This document shows positions 24,447 to 38,245 of a DNA stretch of 64,000 bases, piece by piece. Each line of letters starts with the position of its first letter. Within the stretch, counting starts at the first letter, position 1. The stretch comes from Malacoraja senta. Lineage: Eukaryota. The notes beneath the pieces are model-generated. The model did not search any database. It worked only from the letters and a program-made list of their open reading frames with translations, and had not been told where the DNA came from. The position numbers were made by a program, and so were the translations under genes. The stretch covers positions 1 to 64,000 of the forward strand of contig JAXLNO010000617.1 of assembly GCA_038087875.1 (NCBI GenBank), written 5' to 3'.

Positions 24447-24665
24447 TTCCTGGTAGTGACCACCTGTCCCCCTCGCCCCCTCGTCTCCCACATCAACACT
24501 TCCTGGTAGTGACGACCTGTCCCCCTCGCCCCCCTCGTCTCCCACATCAACACTTCCTGGTAGTGACCACCTGTCCCCCTCGCCCCCTCGTCTCCCACAT
24601 CAACACTTCCTGGTAGTGACCACCTGTCCCCCTCGTCCCCTCGTCTCCCACATCAACACTTCCAG
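24447..24665. repeat. 53-bp tandem repeat, 4 copies
   Basis: ttcctggtagtgaccacctgtccccctcgccccctcgtctcccacatcaacac. Confidence 0.9.
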
Positions 24666-25270
24666 GTATGGATGTTTTTAGTATAGTAGAAACACAGAAC
24701 TGCAGCTGCTGGTAAATATTTAAAAGGACATAAAGTGCAGGAGTAATTCAGCAGGTCTGATAATATGAATTTCACTGCCCCTTAATTGGTCAATAAAAGA
24801 CCTTTGAACTAGAGAACATAGATAGATGACGTTTCAAGTTGAGACCCTTCTTCAGACTGATTATATTTCTTGGATGTCTTTAACAGAGATTATATGGGAG
24901 TGAATAAAATCATGAGAGTCATATCTATAGTAAACGCACATGGTCTTTTTTCCAAGGTTGGGAAATCAAAAACTAGTTAGTACATGTTTAAGGTGAGAGG
25001 GGCAGATTTCATATACCCCTTAATATTAGGGGCAGTTTTTTTGACAAAGGGAGTGGTACATGAACATACTTTATGGAACGATCGAGCAGAGGAAGTGTTT
25101 GATGCAGGTACAGTATTTAAAGGGCATTTAAACAGGTATATGGGGAAAAAGGTTAAAGGGATATGGGCCAAATGAGGGCAAATTGGATGTTTAGATGGGT
25201 AGTTGGTCAGTATCGATGAATTGTGCCAAATGGCCTGTTTCGGTGCTGTGTAACATTATGACTCTATTAC

Positions 25271-25613
25271 CTTTGATCCCAAATAGGTCCCACTGTCTCA
25301 GGATTTTCCCAGCAGGCTGTGTCTGATTCCAGGTGAACAGCCCTGCAAGTTTGAATGTGAGCATCCTGATCCTCAGATTAAGGGTACCCCAGTCCGCATG
25401 CATCCTCTGGGAGGCCTGGTATTTGAATGTACTCATCACTCCATTGTACGGCCCACTGCTGATCTTCTCTGCGTAAAGTGGCCAATCGCTTTGTGGTTTG
25501 TTGCCCTGAGTGTGGCCTCCATTCCAAGTCAATGGGGCCATTTCCAGGACTGTCTGGTCCTTTCAATACAAAGTTGCCATCCTGATGGAAAAAGTAAATA
25601 GAACGTCCACTTC
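25271..25613 (-). pseudogene. Gene A exon D5, Cys-less V-like Ig (paralogue of D1), frameshifted with TG acceptor
   Basis: Split between ORFs 25378-25680 and 25191-25541 (shift near 25410); 343 bp; acceptor ttttcctacTG. Confidence 0.85.
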
Positions 25614-26636
25614 CAGTAGGAAAAGAGAACACATGTATAAATGTTGGACAATAATTTTTCACTGACCTTGTCATTAGCAATATTGCAGAGAATTAATCTT
25701 TACTAAGTTGTACGTTATAATTCATCATCATGGAACAGCATGGAAACAGGCCCTCTGCAGCAATCTGTCCACGCTGACCAGTGGGTCTCCATGGAGACAC
25801 AAGAAACTGCAGATTGTGAAATGTTGATCAAACGCAAAGTGTTGGAGAAACTCAATGGAGATGAACTCAGGCAGCATCTGTGGAGGGAATGGATTGATGA
25901 CATTTCATGTCAGGATGCATCCTCAGACTGATGGAATGGGAGAGTGACAACTGGGGAAGGGAAGAAGGCATGAGACAAAGCATGGTGATTGATAGGTGGA
26001 TACAGGTGGGGAATGGTGATGAGTAGATGGATGGAGATAATGACAAAATGGAGGGGTGAAATGGAGACAAAAGGTTGTCAGTATAAACATGTGTAATAAC
26101 AGGATCCATACATAAGAAGAAGTTGTTTGTTATAGTAAACACACAGAGCTCAAATACTTAGGTGTTGTAAGCTCAAGCTCAGCAACGAATCTAACTAGAG
26201 GCTGGACTAACAGACTAGATAATATGATGACTGTTTGAGTACACAGTGGCATGCAGTAAAACATGACATAGATCATGTCAACTAATACTGACTGATCTAC
26301 AGCCAGATCAGTAACAGAGGGAGGGATATGGGTGGAAGTGGAGCAAGAACATAAAAAGAAAACTCTTCAATTAGAAGGGGTAGGAAATGAGTTGAAAGAG
26401 GAAGGGAAGAGAATAGGATAACTGGGTGGTGGGATAAATGCGTGCACAATGAAGGGGGGCCGGGGGGGGGAAGTGGGGTTCGGGAAGTGTTATTTGAAAT
26501 TTGAGAATCCATTGATCATAACATAGTTAGACCACTCAAACTGGAAGAAAATATTCCACTCAAATTTCAGGATCAATAAGCGACATCAAAACTCAATCAT
26601 GACTCTAGGTATGAAGAACAAAGCCTTATCACTTAC

Positions 26637-26897
26637 CACGGGGCTCCTGATAGTACGGGACAAAAAGCCGTGGCAGGTCTTGATGAAACAAACCACATCT
26701 CCAGTTCCCTCTGCCTCTCTCAGCTTTCTGAATAACCAGACTCAGAGATGTCTCTTCCACAGTCAGTGTCTTTACTCCAACACTTTTGCCATCGCCATTG
26801 ATCCAAACCAGTCTCATTGACCCAATGACGTGAGACACAGAGCAGGTCAGGGTAACGGTGTCTCCCTCAGTCACCGCATCAGACGGTTCAGCTGTGA
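26637..26897 (-). CDS. Gene A exon D4, C2-type Ig with WxC (GNWRCGLF)
   Basis: VTAEPSDAVTEGDTVTLTCSVSHVIGSMRLVWIN...; AG/GT, 261 bp. Confidence 0.9.
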
Positions 26898-26975
26898 CTG
26901 TGGAAACAAGCAGGTTGTTTACATTTTAAACCATAAGTTCATCAGTAAACTCAGTGGCAACATTCTGACTCCTAC

Positions 26976-27317
26976 CTTTCACTGTGATTAGATCAATGGT
27001 GGAAAATGGATTTCGTTCCAGATAACATACGTAAACTCCGGCATCTTGAAACACAACGGGGACAATCCTCACACTGAAATCCTTGCCATCGAAAGGTTTC
27101 CCTGAGGCCACCAGTCGATTCCCGAAGTCGGTCCCTTTGACATTGATGGGCTGAGAACGTTCTGCAGATGCTATTACTTTCTGCTCTTGAAGGTGATGAG
27201 GTGTCCAGAACCACTGAGCACGGGGATAGCCATCACCATAACTATAATCTCAAACCAGGTGAAGTTCACTGTGATCTGTGCTGGAGCGGTAAAGTCTGTA
27301 TCTCCTCCTATATAAAT
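26976..27317 (-). pseudogene. Gene A exon D3, V-type Ig with in-frame TGA at the B-strand Cys
   Basis: DLYRRRYRLYRSSTDHSELHLV*DYSYG...FQDAGVYVCYLE; 342 bp; gene B has TGT at this codon. Confidence 0.88.
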
Positions 27318-28368
27318 CTGTATCAGAGAGACAGAGGATAACTCCTTTCAGTATTACAGTTACCGTGCCATACAGAGATTCTCAACCGTATTCTTATAAA
27401 CATTCGTGGTGTTTTGTTCAGCTGATCAAGTTTCAAATGTAACATCTTTCATGAATGCCGCACTAAACTCATCAGATCTTTATAAAATACAATGTCCTGT
27501 ACGGCAGTAAATTGCAGTGAAGTTTGGATATTCCACTCTACATTTCAACATTAGGTTTGCCCCCACACCCGGACTGTCCGGGAATCTCCCGGGATGGAAT
27601 GAAACCTCCCGGAGACTCCCGAGAGCGGTCTGGGAGGTGAATGTCTCTGTCAGTTTGTCTGCAGGAGGTGGTGCAGCTTCAGGCTGCGGACAGAAGCAGC
27701 CCAGAGGATGCCTGCGCGGGGACTGACCCGGACAGGTTGGCACTTCAAGTGGGTCGGGTCTTTCCGTCCCTTCATTCCCATTATTCCCACCATCCCTCTC
27801 CCATTCACACCCATTGATTCCCTGTCCTTCCCTGTTCCCGGGTCCTGTTCCCAGCTGAATGCTGATCCCAAGCCCGAGTCTGCAGCAGGTGGAATCACTT
27901 CAAGCAACACCAGACTCGGAGAGAAGGGTCAGTGAGGGGAGCGGGGATGGATTGTTGTTCAGTGCTGATGTGTGGGCCGGGACCCCCAGTGTGACTGTGA
28001 GCAGCAAGTGCTGGTGGTTGTCATGGTGACTACACTTTCTATCTGACACTTTGACGTGAGTCCTGTATCAGTATCTCAAGCTCAGATACTGGAGCATTGA
28101 TGGCAAGATAAACTGACAAAATACTTGACTGAACAATGGTTACGGAAAGACACCCCCCTCCTGTGCTGTGTGTCTGTCACACAGAGACAAGCAGGCAGCT
28201 GCTCCACAGAGAGACTTTCTGTAAACTTCTCCCTGATCATTGCAGCATTTTATACTGGAGAGCAGTTGGTCACTGCCACAGTTCTTCACAGGGCGCGCAC
28301 ATAATATTACAAGAAGCACCGTGATACAAGTGTCTACTTGATATCCAATGGGAGGTGTTGACACTCAC

Positions 28369-28638
28369 CGTTGTTTACAGTAAAATCTCCGTTACTTGTG
28401 TGAACAATGTTTCCGTTTTCCTGCACATCACACACATACAGCTTCCCATCCTCCACTGTAACGTGTCGAACCATCAGATAGACCGTGTTATCCAGGCGGA
28501 TCTGATCAGTGTTGCTCCTGGTCGGCTGGGATGAGTCCATGGGTCTCCAGTGAAGACTGACTGTATCTGAGAGTCTGGAGATGGTGCAGCTGAGTGTGAC
28601 GTCACTGCCCAGCAGAGGCTTCTGTGGACTTGCCTCAA
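28369..28638 (-). CDS. Gene A exon D2, C2-type Ig
   Basis: VEASPQKPLLGSDVTLSCTISRLSDTVSLHW...EDGKLYVCDVQ; AG/GT, 270 bp. Confidence 0.9.
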
Positions 28639-28685
28639 CTGTGAAAAACAGATCAATGAGATTCAGAGTGAGTAGTGGTTTGTAC

Positions 28686-30575
28686 AAGTCAAGTCCCAGA
28701 TAGGACAAGGACATTCTTGCTTGCTGCAGCACAACAGAATATTGTAGGCATAAATACAGAACAGATCAGTGTGTCCATGTACCGTAGAATATATATATAT
28801 ATACATACACACATAAATAAACAGATAAAGTGCAATAGGCTGTTATAGTTCACAGTTTGTTTGAAGTTGTGTTTAATAGTCTGATGGCTGTGGAGAAGTA
28901 GTTGTTCCTGAACCTGGATGTTGCAGATTTCAGGCTCCTGTACCTTCTACCTGATGGCAGCGAAGAATGAGTGTGTGGCCAGGATGGTGTGGGTCCTTGA
29001 TGATGCTGCCAGCATTTCTGAGGCAGCGACTGCGATAGATCCCCTCGATGGAAGGGAGGTCAGAGCCGATGATGGACTGGGCAGTGTTTACTACCTTGTG
29101 TAGCCTTTTCCGCTCCTGGACGCTCAAGTTGCCGAACCAAGCCACGATGCAACCGGTCAGCATGCTCTCTACTGTGTACCTGTAGAAGTTCAAGAGAGTC
29201 CTCCTTGACATACCGACTCTCCGTAATCTTCTCAGGAAGTAGAGGCGCTGATGTGCTTACTTTATAATTGCATCAGTGTTCTGGGACCAGGAGAGATCTT
29301 CAGAAATATGCACGCCCAGGAATTTGAAGCTCTTGACCCTTTCCACCATCGACCCGTTGATATAAACGGGATTGTGGGTCCCCATCCTACCCCTTCCAAA
29401 GTCCACAATCAATTCCTTGGTTTTGCTGGTGTTGAGGGCCAGGTTATTGTGCTGGCACCATTTGGTCAATCGGTCGATCTCACTTCTGTACTCTGACTCA
29501 TCCCCATCAGTGATACGTCCCACAACAGTGGTGTCGTCAGCGAACTTGATGATGGAGTTCCCACTATGTCTGGCTACGCAGTCATGAGTATAGAGTGAGT
29601 ACAGCAGGGGGCTGAGCACCCAGCCTTGAGGTGCTCCCGTGCTGATTGTTATCGAGGCTGACACATTTCCACCAATACGAACAGACTGTGGTCTGTGAAT
29701 GAGGAAGTCGAGGATCCAATTGCAGAGGGATGCGCAGAGACCCAGTTCTGCGGGTTTGGTAACCAGTTTGGAGGGGATAATTGTATTAAATGCCGAGCTG
29801 TAATCGATGAATAACAGCCTGACATATGAGTTTTTGTTGTCCAAGTGGTCCAGAGCGGAGTGGAGAGCCAGCGAGATCGCATCCACCGTTGATCTGTTGT
29901 GGCGGTAAGCGAACTGCAGTGGGTCCAGGTTTTTGTCGAGGTCGGAGTTGATTTGCGCCATGATCAACCTCTCAAAGCACTTCATCACCACTGGCATTAG
30001 TGCCACTGGTCGATAGTCATTGAGGCACGTCACCTTACCCTTCTTGGGCACCGGTATAATTGATGCCCTTTTAAAACAGGTGGGAACCTCAGACCTCAGA
30101 AGTGAGAGGTTGAAAATGTCCGTAAAAACTCCAGCCAGTTATCCGCACAGGTTTTTAGAACACGACCAGGTATACCATCAGGTCCAGCCGCTTTTCGAGG
30201 GTTCACCCCTCTGAAGTTTTTCCTGACGTTGGCCTCCGTGACTGAGACTGAAATACCATCACAGCGAATGGGGGCTCGGGAAGGCACATCAGTGTTCTCC
30301 GTATCAAAGCGTGCGTAAAACGCATTGAGCTCATCAGGGAGTGATGCTTCGCTGACATTTGAGCTGCCTTGTTGGAGGTGATGGCATTCAAGCCCTGCCA
30401 CAGTTGCCGAACATCTGTCTCATCCTCCAGCTTGGAGCAGAAGTCCCTTTTGGACTTTTGGTGGCTTTACCAAGGTTGTATCTGGACTTCTTGTAGACCT
30501 CTGCATCTCCAGACCTGAATGCCCGGGATCTGGACTTCAGAAGAGTGCGGATCTCATGGTTCATCCAATAACCGG
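28686..30575 (-). mobile_element. Rex1/Babar-like LINE (RT domain), 5'-truncated, in gene A intron 2
   Basis: [28 protein letters not shown]...[11 protein letters not shown]...KFADDT; absent at the matching site of gene B (~61655). Confidence 0.9.
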
Positions 30576-31211
30576 GCTTAAAGCTGACAGCCTAGCTGAA
30601 AGTCAGAACAAATTGTCCCCCAGTGCTCTCAGGCTCCTGCCACCCGTGGCTGGTCACATTGACGCAGCGAAATGCCGGCTGTTCACCGTGGGACTGCAGG
30701 TGGAACCGGTAAGATACAGGTGTTGTTGTATTTACCAATGCTCTGTTTCAAATATTCACAAACTGTTGAAAATGCATCTATTTCCACTCCTTCTAGGTGT
30801 ATCTGATTGCTCTCAAGAGGTGAACTCTATGACAGAGCCCATGTTCCACAGGCGATGGACTTCCATCCACCTGGTCACAGGGTAACATTAAGTAGCAGTG
30901 TCACCCCGGGGCCACTGCATGGAGACATTGGTTTCATACCACCTTGCCGCGATCACCTTACCGTGTGCCGGCAAGAAGACCATGGTATTCGCTGCGGGTC
31001 GATTCATTGATTTGCTGTTCCCAGTGAAGTCATCAAACTATTATCACCCCTGCTGATCATTACAGAATCAATGAACAAAAACACTTCCCCAGTTGTTTTA
31101 CTTTTCACCGGCTGGAAGAAGTCTCACAATTCCTGCCATCTCTCATCATTATAGGTGACAATATTTACAGAGATAAATTAAACATTATTGATCCTTATCG
31201 CACCCACTCAC

Positions 31212-31553
31212 CTTTCATCCCAAATATTTCATATTGTTTCAGGATTTGCTTTCTCGGTTCTGTTTGAGTCAAAGTGAAAATTCCCTCCCATTTAAATGTG
31301 GGTTTATCAATTGTCAGATCAAGGGTACGGTAATTCACATACATCTCCGGGTACAAGTCCACTTTACTCTCGCCAGCGGCCTTCTCATTGATCCAATCGC
31401 CCCTCGTTCTTCTAAAAGTCGACAATTTTCCGATATCCTTCCCTGAGTGTGGTTTCCATTCCCAGACAACAACAGTGTCTTTCTCAGCATTGTCCGGTCC
31501 GTTTAACACAATGTCGCCTCGGTTATCCAAGAAATACATTTGATTTCTGTTTG
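31212..31553 (-). CDS. Gene A exon D1, cysteine-free V-like Ig
   Basis: NRNQMYFLDNRGDIVLNGPD...VVWEWKPHSG...LTIDKPTFKWEGIFTLTQ...YEIFGMK; AG/GT, 342 bp. Confidence 0.85.
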
Positions 31554-31779
31554 CTGTTGCGAATACGAACAATGAAGAATTAATATTTAAAACACAATTT
31601 CCCCACCCACCCCATATCTGTAATCATTAATTTTGAACTGAATTTAATTCCAGACAGTTGTGTTCTTCCTTGGAAACCCCAGCGAGGAAGACACGGTTTG
31701 TGAAGAGATGTCTGTCTCGAATAACCTGGCCTGATTGATGCAGGGATATTTCATCACATGGGAGAACTGAGTGAGTGAG

Positions 31780-32209
31780 TGGGAGGGAGGGAGACGTAGG
31801 TGGGGATAGGGGTTGTGTCGGGGTAGTGGAGGAACTCCACCTGGTTTTGAAGGAACTTTGTGGGAGCGTGAAGTGAAGACATTGCGCGTAGTTCTCGGGC
31901 TGCGACTGGATCGATAAGTCGAGGGCAGTTCCACCCATCTGGACTGTGGTGAGGAGATGTTGGGAAGGATGGTGTGGACAACCGTGTCAAAGGCTGCAGA
32001 GGCTGAGCGGGATGAGGAGGGAGAGTTTAACTTCAACAAGCTCACAGGAGGCCATTTCTGACTTTGATATGGACCGTGTCGGTGCAGGAGAAGGAGAGGG
32101 AGTTGATGGGATGGGCTCAGAAATGGAGGTCCAGCAAGGATGGCATGGATTTGTGAGGCTGCAGCACATTCAGGGACGTGGAGAGGAAAGCGAGATTGAC
32201 AATAGGTGC
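31780..32209 (-). mobile_element. Ancient L2-like RT remnant in intron 1 (shared with gene B at ~55530-56100)
   Basis: SAAFDTVVHTIL motif; gene B copy has DIQDCMSRIPPQLNTLNPKAIVFSP. Confidence 0.55.
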
Positions 32210-32477
32210 GGGTGGCTCCTAGGGACAACAGGAAAAGGGTGGCCACCTATAAAATTATGCGGTTTTCCGCTTCATTTGGACTAATAACCTGTTGAACATG
32301 GGAAGCCATTGGGGCACAGAAGTGTCTAGGTAGTTAGAAGGTCTCTCCGACCCAAGAATCTGGCACTAAATTGTTCTAAAAAGGAGGCCCGGAGGATTGT
32401 CCGAGAAGGCTGCGCTGTGTGGTGAGTGATAACATCTGTACAGCATTGCATTGTGTGATATTACTAAGAGTTTATTG

Positions 32478-32745
32478 AGACCTCCTGGATACCACCCTGA
32501 CACGTCAGGGGTTGCACGGACGAGGCAGGTAAGAGTTTATTAGACCTCGTGGATACCACACTGAGAGGTCAGGCGTTGCACGGAGGAGGCAGGTATTAGA
32601 CCTCGTGGATACCACCCTGAGACGTAAGGGGTTGCACGGACGAGGCAGGCATTCTGTGGATACCACCCTGAGCGGGCAGGGGTTTGAACGGGCAGAATAA
32701 TGTATTTTGTGGATACCACCTTAGGTGACTAAGGGTTTGTACGGG
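32478..32745. repeat. Imperfect ~50-60 bp tandem repeats in the ERV leader
   Basis: gtggataccaccctga...ggggttgcacggacgaggcagg about 5 times. Confidence 0.8.
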
Positions 32746-35700
32746 CAATATATGAATTTAAGGTAAGTGAGTAACAGGAAGTTTACACAGTGATAAAATA
32801 TTGTAGAATAGCAATAAGAATAGTGCAAGGTTATATAGCAATAAGAATATATCAAGGTAATATAGTGACTACAAGGACGGAGGAGGTGTAAGGACTGAGT
32901 TTCTTAACTGTGGGATAAATTTGCTGCATTCTTTCTGCTGCTTGGTCTGTCAGCCTCCCTTTTCTGAAGTTAAGGACAAAATGTGCTTTCTTTGTCTGGA
33001 ATTTAATGGAAGTGGCGTGTGGTCAGATGTTGAGTGACTAGGATTTTGATTGGCTGTGATCTTAGTGGGGTGTGGTTAGAATTTGAGTGATGGTGAGTCT
33101 GACTAATCATGATCTGAATCAATGTCCAATCACAGCGCTCAGGTACCTGACTGATAGGGGATTAGACCTTCCTACTTTAACTTAAAAGGGAGATAAGAAT
33201 TATATAAATGTTAATGTGTTTATATAAACTTTAATCTGTGTAGAATATTGCATAATTTCTTTGAAGTAAGAATGGAACGAATGTGATTTGTGTGTAAAAA
33301 CCGGGTTTGAATGAATGAGGAAGTTCATATATGCGATAAGTCCTTTAAGAGATTGTAAGCAATGGGGAAGGGTACGAACTGCTGTAAGGTAACGTTTAAT
33401 ACTTTGTATCCTGGTAACTTAAAAGGGGAAAGTTGGAAAATGTAGGTTGCTTGGTTTTTCTGATGTTTCTTTTATATTTCTTTTCAGTAAAGTTAATTTG
33501 GAAAATTGTTACTAGTAATAGTGGTGAGAATGGACTGAAATAATTGGAAATAAGTTAATTGCTGAAACATGACCAGCTTTTATGGTTTGTTGTTTTATGG
33601 TAAACATTATGGTTGGAGAAGGGTAATGATTGTTTGCTGAGATTTTAAGAAAAAGTTGTGAGGAAGTGGCCCAAGGAAGGCACTTTAAAGATAAATGTGT
33701 GACAAGATGGAAGTGTTAATTATGAATTATATGCCCACAGATAAGTTGGAAAGGTGGGAAAAGCGGAAAGGAAAGGAAGTAGATGAACTTAGGCAGTTCA
33801 GAAAGAAAGGAGAGAGAGGCAGTGAGGAGGCAACATAAGTAAGAAACGACATGTGTGAAAGTTAAATCAGGAGGAGTCAGTGGAAGATTATTAAAGAAAT
33901 TTGCAAAGGAGGTTAGACTATCTGAGAAGTAAGAAATTGAGTTTAGAATAAGAAAGAAGGCATACCAGAAAGGATTAAAGTGGAAAGCAGAGGGATAAAT
34001 TGATGAGACTGCATTAAAAAGAAAAGAGCAGGACAGACACAGATTATCCTTTGGGGCACCCATAAATTGACAGGGCTAAAAAATACCGTACCCAATATTC
34101 CTGATGGGGCAGGAAATAGATTAGGGCTCTGGAGGAGGAGAATGAAGGGTTGATTACTGTCTATGGAAATTTGAAGGCACTGTTGGTGAAAGTGATAGGA
34201 ACCACTAAACTGACAGAACTCCTGAAGATGGCTGGTATAAAAATGCTGTCAACAATGTAATAAACAATGGCATGATGTTTGACAGTCAGGCAGAGGGTAT
34301 GGCAGGACCTCAGGCAATGTTACCCACTTAAGGTGGACCCCAAGGAATAAAGGGGAGATCCACTGGGAGAGGCAAATAATCCAGAAGCCTATCTGGAGAA
34401 CCAGCTGAAAAGGTGGAGACTTGAAAATGAACAAGAAATAGACGGCAACCAGTTAATGAACACTATATTCTGAACCACTGTGGTGGATGTTATTCCTCCT
34501 AAAGTCAAGTCTAGATTGGAGGAGGTGGTGGGATTGTCATCTATTTCCCACCCCAGATTCAGCGATCATTTGGTTAATGAGGTCGAGAAATATCGTAAGA
34601 TATGAAAAAGACTTGCAGACCAGCAGGAAGAGGTGCAGAGAAAAATGATGTAAATGTAACTTGAAGAGCTCAAAAAGAAAGAGCGTGAAAAAAGGAAAGA
34701 CAATGTTGTCAATAACAACAAACCTGGTTGAAAAGACTGAAATAAGTGATATACCAACACACAGTGAGTCCTATGACAGACCCAAACAGGGGGCAGAGAA
34801 TTCCATGCCAATAATAAATATCTTTGGAGGAGTGTTTCCTCAAATGCCCTATCAGGAGTGAAATAAATCTGGATGTAAGCCCAGACAGGTCTGGGGTCCA
34901 CAAGGGAGGGAGGGATCTCAAGGAGGAGGTCAAGAAAGGGTAGTGAGGAGACAGGTAATGGATAAGGTGTGTTGGGGATGTGAACAGTTATGGTAATCAG
35001 GAAATAATAATAATTATATTAAGATAGTGGTGAACATAGCTATGGTAAGAACATTAAGAAGAGGTATTAACTACACCTAGGCTAGGATGAGGCAGAGTTT
35101 TAAATACTAGTCCCATGTTTTTAATTAGATGTTAAAGGTAGATTTGAAAGGTGTACCTTTAGAAAGTATTTGATACAGTATGTGGATGATTTGTTGGTTT
35201 GTTCCACAAGTGAGAAGCAATGTGAGAGAGACATTTTAATTCTCTTGGAAAAGATGGCATAAGAGGTCATAAAGTATCCAGGAAGAAGTTGCTGTTTTGT
35301 CAGCAGCAGGTAGAATATTCAGAACGAGTAATATCTAAAGAAGTAAAATCTATAGCGCAGGATCAAATTGAAGCTACTAAGCCACAGACAGTAAGACAGA
35401 TGATGACATTCTTGGGAATGGCAGGATATAGTTTAGATTAGATTGGAAAGTATGTTGAAATTGTGATGTCATTAAGGAAAATAATGAAGGAAGAAGGACA
35501 CACAAGTCGGAGAAATGTTTTACAGTCAGAGCCTTTGAATGAAGGGGACAAAAAGGTTTTGTTGGGAATGTTTCTTGTTAAAGGGATTATAATAGCAAGT
35601 ATACAGGGTTTGAAGAGGTGCATCAGGATGAATTAGACTTTAGGGTAATTAAATTGGAAGCCTGCAATCTTGCTTAGCTCAGTTGGCAGAAATGAAGGCT

Positions 35701-36699
35701 TTAAGAGCAGCATGTGACACGAGGGAAGGTGGGAAAGATGAAGCATATGTTCATGGGGTCTGTCACATGTTTGGAGCAGCAGGGAAACAGAAAGGCTTTG
35801 AGAAAAGCAACGGAGACCCCATGAAAAGTTAGCAGTAAAGTACAGACCTGATACGGGCAATAATGAAGTCAGGGGCTGTAGCTGTCATTAAATGCCAAGC
35901 GCATAAGGAGGGAAATAAAAGTGCAGATGAAGCAGTCAGAACAGCATCTGGAAGATGATCAGCTGTTATTACGTCTAGGGTAAGCTTGGATGAATTTAGG
36001 TTTAGGGACTGTAGTGAAGTTTCTGATGAATGAGGTAATCGAGAGGTTTGGTAGACCAACTGAAATCAGCTTTGACAATGGATTGTTTTCATTCAGAGAG
36101 TGGTCAAGCTGGTGCTACAGGCCCTTAAAGTAAAACACAGATTTGGGTGTGTAACACCTGCAGTCACAGGGCATGGTGGAAAGAATAAATGGAACATTGA
36201 AGGTTAATACAAATAAGATTTGTGTAACTACAAAGTTGAATTGGATCAATGCCCTGCCATTGGAACTGAAGAGATGTTGCATGTAAACTAACCGAATAAC
36301 CCACATAACACCACATCAGTAGCTTACTGGCCGAGCTATGTAGGTGGCACAATGGAGAGGTCCCTACAAGGGACCGAGTTTGGAACAGTTACAGGTAGAA
36401 TTTAAGAAGTATATGTAACAGTTAATTATGATATACAAGTTTATTTATGCACAGGCAAAGTAAAAGCAGTTGGAGATAAACCAGGATGAAGGATCCTTTA
36501 AACCTGGAGACAATGTGTATGTATGAGCTTTCCGAACCACCCACCGCAGTTCAGGTAGAAGGTTGATCTACCTGGTACCATTTCAATCCTTACATGAGGG
36601 CTGTCCCGTAGGTACGACTAGATAATAGTTCTGAGGTAAGTGAACAGGAGGACAAAGAAGTGAGGAAAGAGCAGAGTTCTAACAAGAACGTTGTTCGAC

Positions 36700-38030
36700 G
36701 TCAGTGATGGGCAAATTAATGGAAAGGATACTTAAAGATAATATATATATATAAGCATTTGGATAAACAGGGTCTGGTTAGGAACAATCAACATGGATTT
36801 GTGCCTGGAAGGTCATGTTTAACTAATCTTTTTGAATTTTTGAAGAGGTTACTAGGGAAATTGATGAGGGTAAATGGGTGGATGTTGTCTATATGGAATT
36901 CAGTAAGGCCTTTGACAAGGTTCCACATGGAAGGTTGGTTAAGAAGGTTATTAATTGGGTATTAATGGTGGAGTAGCAAGATGGATTGAACAGTGGCTGA
37001 ATGGGAGATGCCAGAGAGTAATGGTGGATATCTGTTTGTCAAGTTGGAGGCCAGTGACTAGTGCGGTGCTTTAGGGATCTGTGTTGGGTCCACTGTTGTT
37101 TGTCATATACATCAATGATCTGGATGATGGTGTGGTAAATTGGATTAGTAAGTATGTAGATGATACTAAGATAGCTGGTGTTGTGGATAATGAAATAGAT
37201 TTTCAAAGTCTACAGAGAGATTTAGGCCATTTGGAAGAGTGAGCTGAAAGAGGGCAGATGGAGATTAATGTTGATAAGTGTGAGGTGCTACATCTTGGCA
37301 GGACAAATCAAAATAGGACGTACATGGGAAATGGTAGCGAGTTGCGGAATGCAGTTGAACAGAGGGATCTGGGAATAACTGTGCATAGTTCCCAGAAGGT
37401 GGAATATCATGTAGATACGGTGGTAAAGAAAGTTTTTGGTGTGATTCCTTTATAAATCAGAGCATTGAGTATAGAAGTTGGGATGTAATGTTAAAATTGT
37501 ACATGGCATTGGTGATGACAATTATGGAGTATGGCGTACAATTTTGGTCGTCAAATTATAGGAAAGATGTCAACAAAATAGAGAGAGTACAGAGGTGATT
37601 TACTAGAACGTTGCCTGGGTTTCAGCAACTAAGTTACAGAGAAAGGTTGAACAAGTTAGGTCTTTATTGTTTGGAGCGCAGAAGGTTATGATGAGAGGGA
37701 TAGACGGAGTTGACGTGGATAAGCTTTTTCAATTGAGAGTAGGGAAGATTCAAACAGGAGGACATGATTAAGGGACAGAAGTTTAGGGGTAACATGAGGG
37801 GGAACTTCTTTACTTAGAGAGTGGTTGCTGTGTGGAATGAGCTTCCAGTGGAAGTGGTGGAGGCAGGTTCGATTTTATCATTTAAAAATAAATTGGATAG
37901 GTATATGGACGGGAAAGGAATGGAGGGTTATGGTCTGAGTGCAGGTAGATGGAACTAGGTGAGAGTAAGTGTTCGGCACCGACTAGAAGGGCCGAGATGG
38001 CCTGTTTCATTGCTGTCATTGTTATATGGT
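36700..38030 (+). mobile_element. Decayed CR1 LINE nested in the ERV between pol and env
   Basis: QHGFVPGRSCLTNLFEF; NVDKCEVLHLGRTN; CR1 3' tail. Confidence 0.88.
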
Positions 38031-38245
38031 TAAGATAAGGTGAGGGTTTTTTTTTAGAGACATTAGTGACTGTGAGAATGGTGTAAATAAGGTCAGAATA
38101 AGGGGTGTATGTGTCTTGTTTGGGGAACAACACTTCACCTTCATATGTAATAATACTAGCCCGGAGGGGGTTTTCACTAAAGCCATGGATAAGCTAAAAA
38201 AAACTAAAGAGTGAGGTTAAACGAAACGCAGGGTTTGGACATCAA

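Noticed and set aside
27480..27935. ORFs conserved between 27.5 kb and 62.5 kb as extra exons
   Set aside because: Conservation is explained by recent duplication of the whole intron; no recognisable domain or exon boundaries
21209..31553. Rearranging V segments with RSS
   Set aside because: Each V-like exon is complete with a phase-1 GT donor; no heptamer-spacer-nonamer at exon ends (the CACAGTG in D3/D7 is coding, D-H-S-E)
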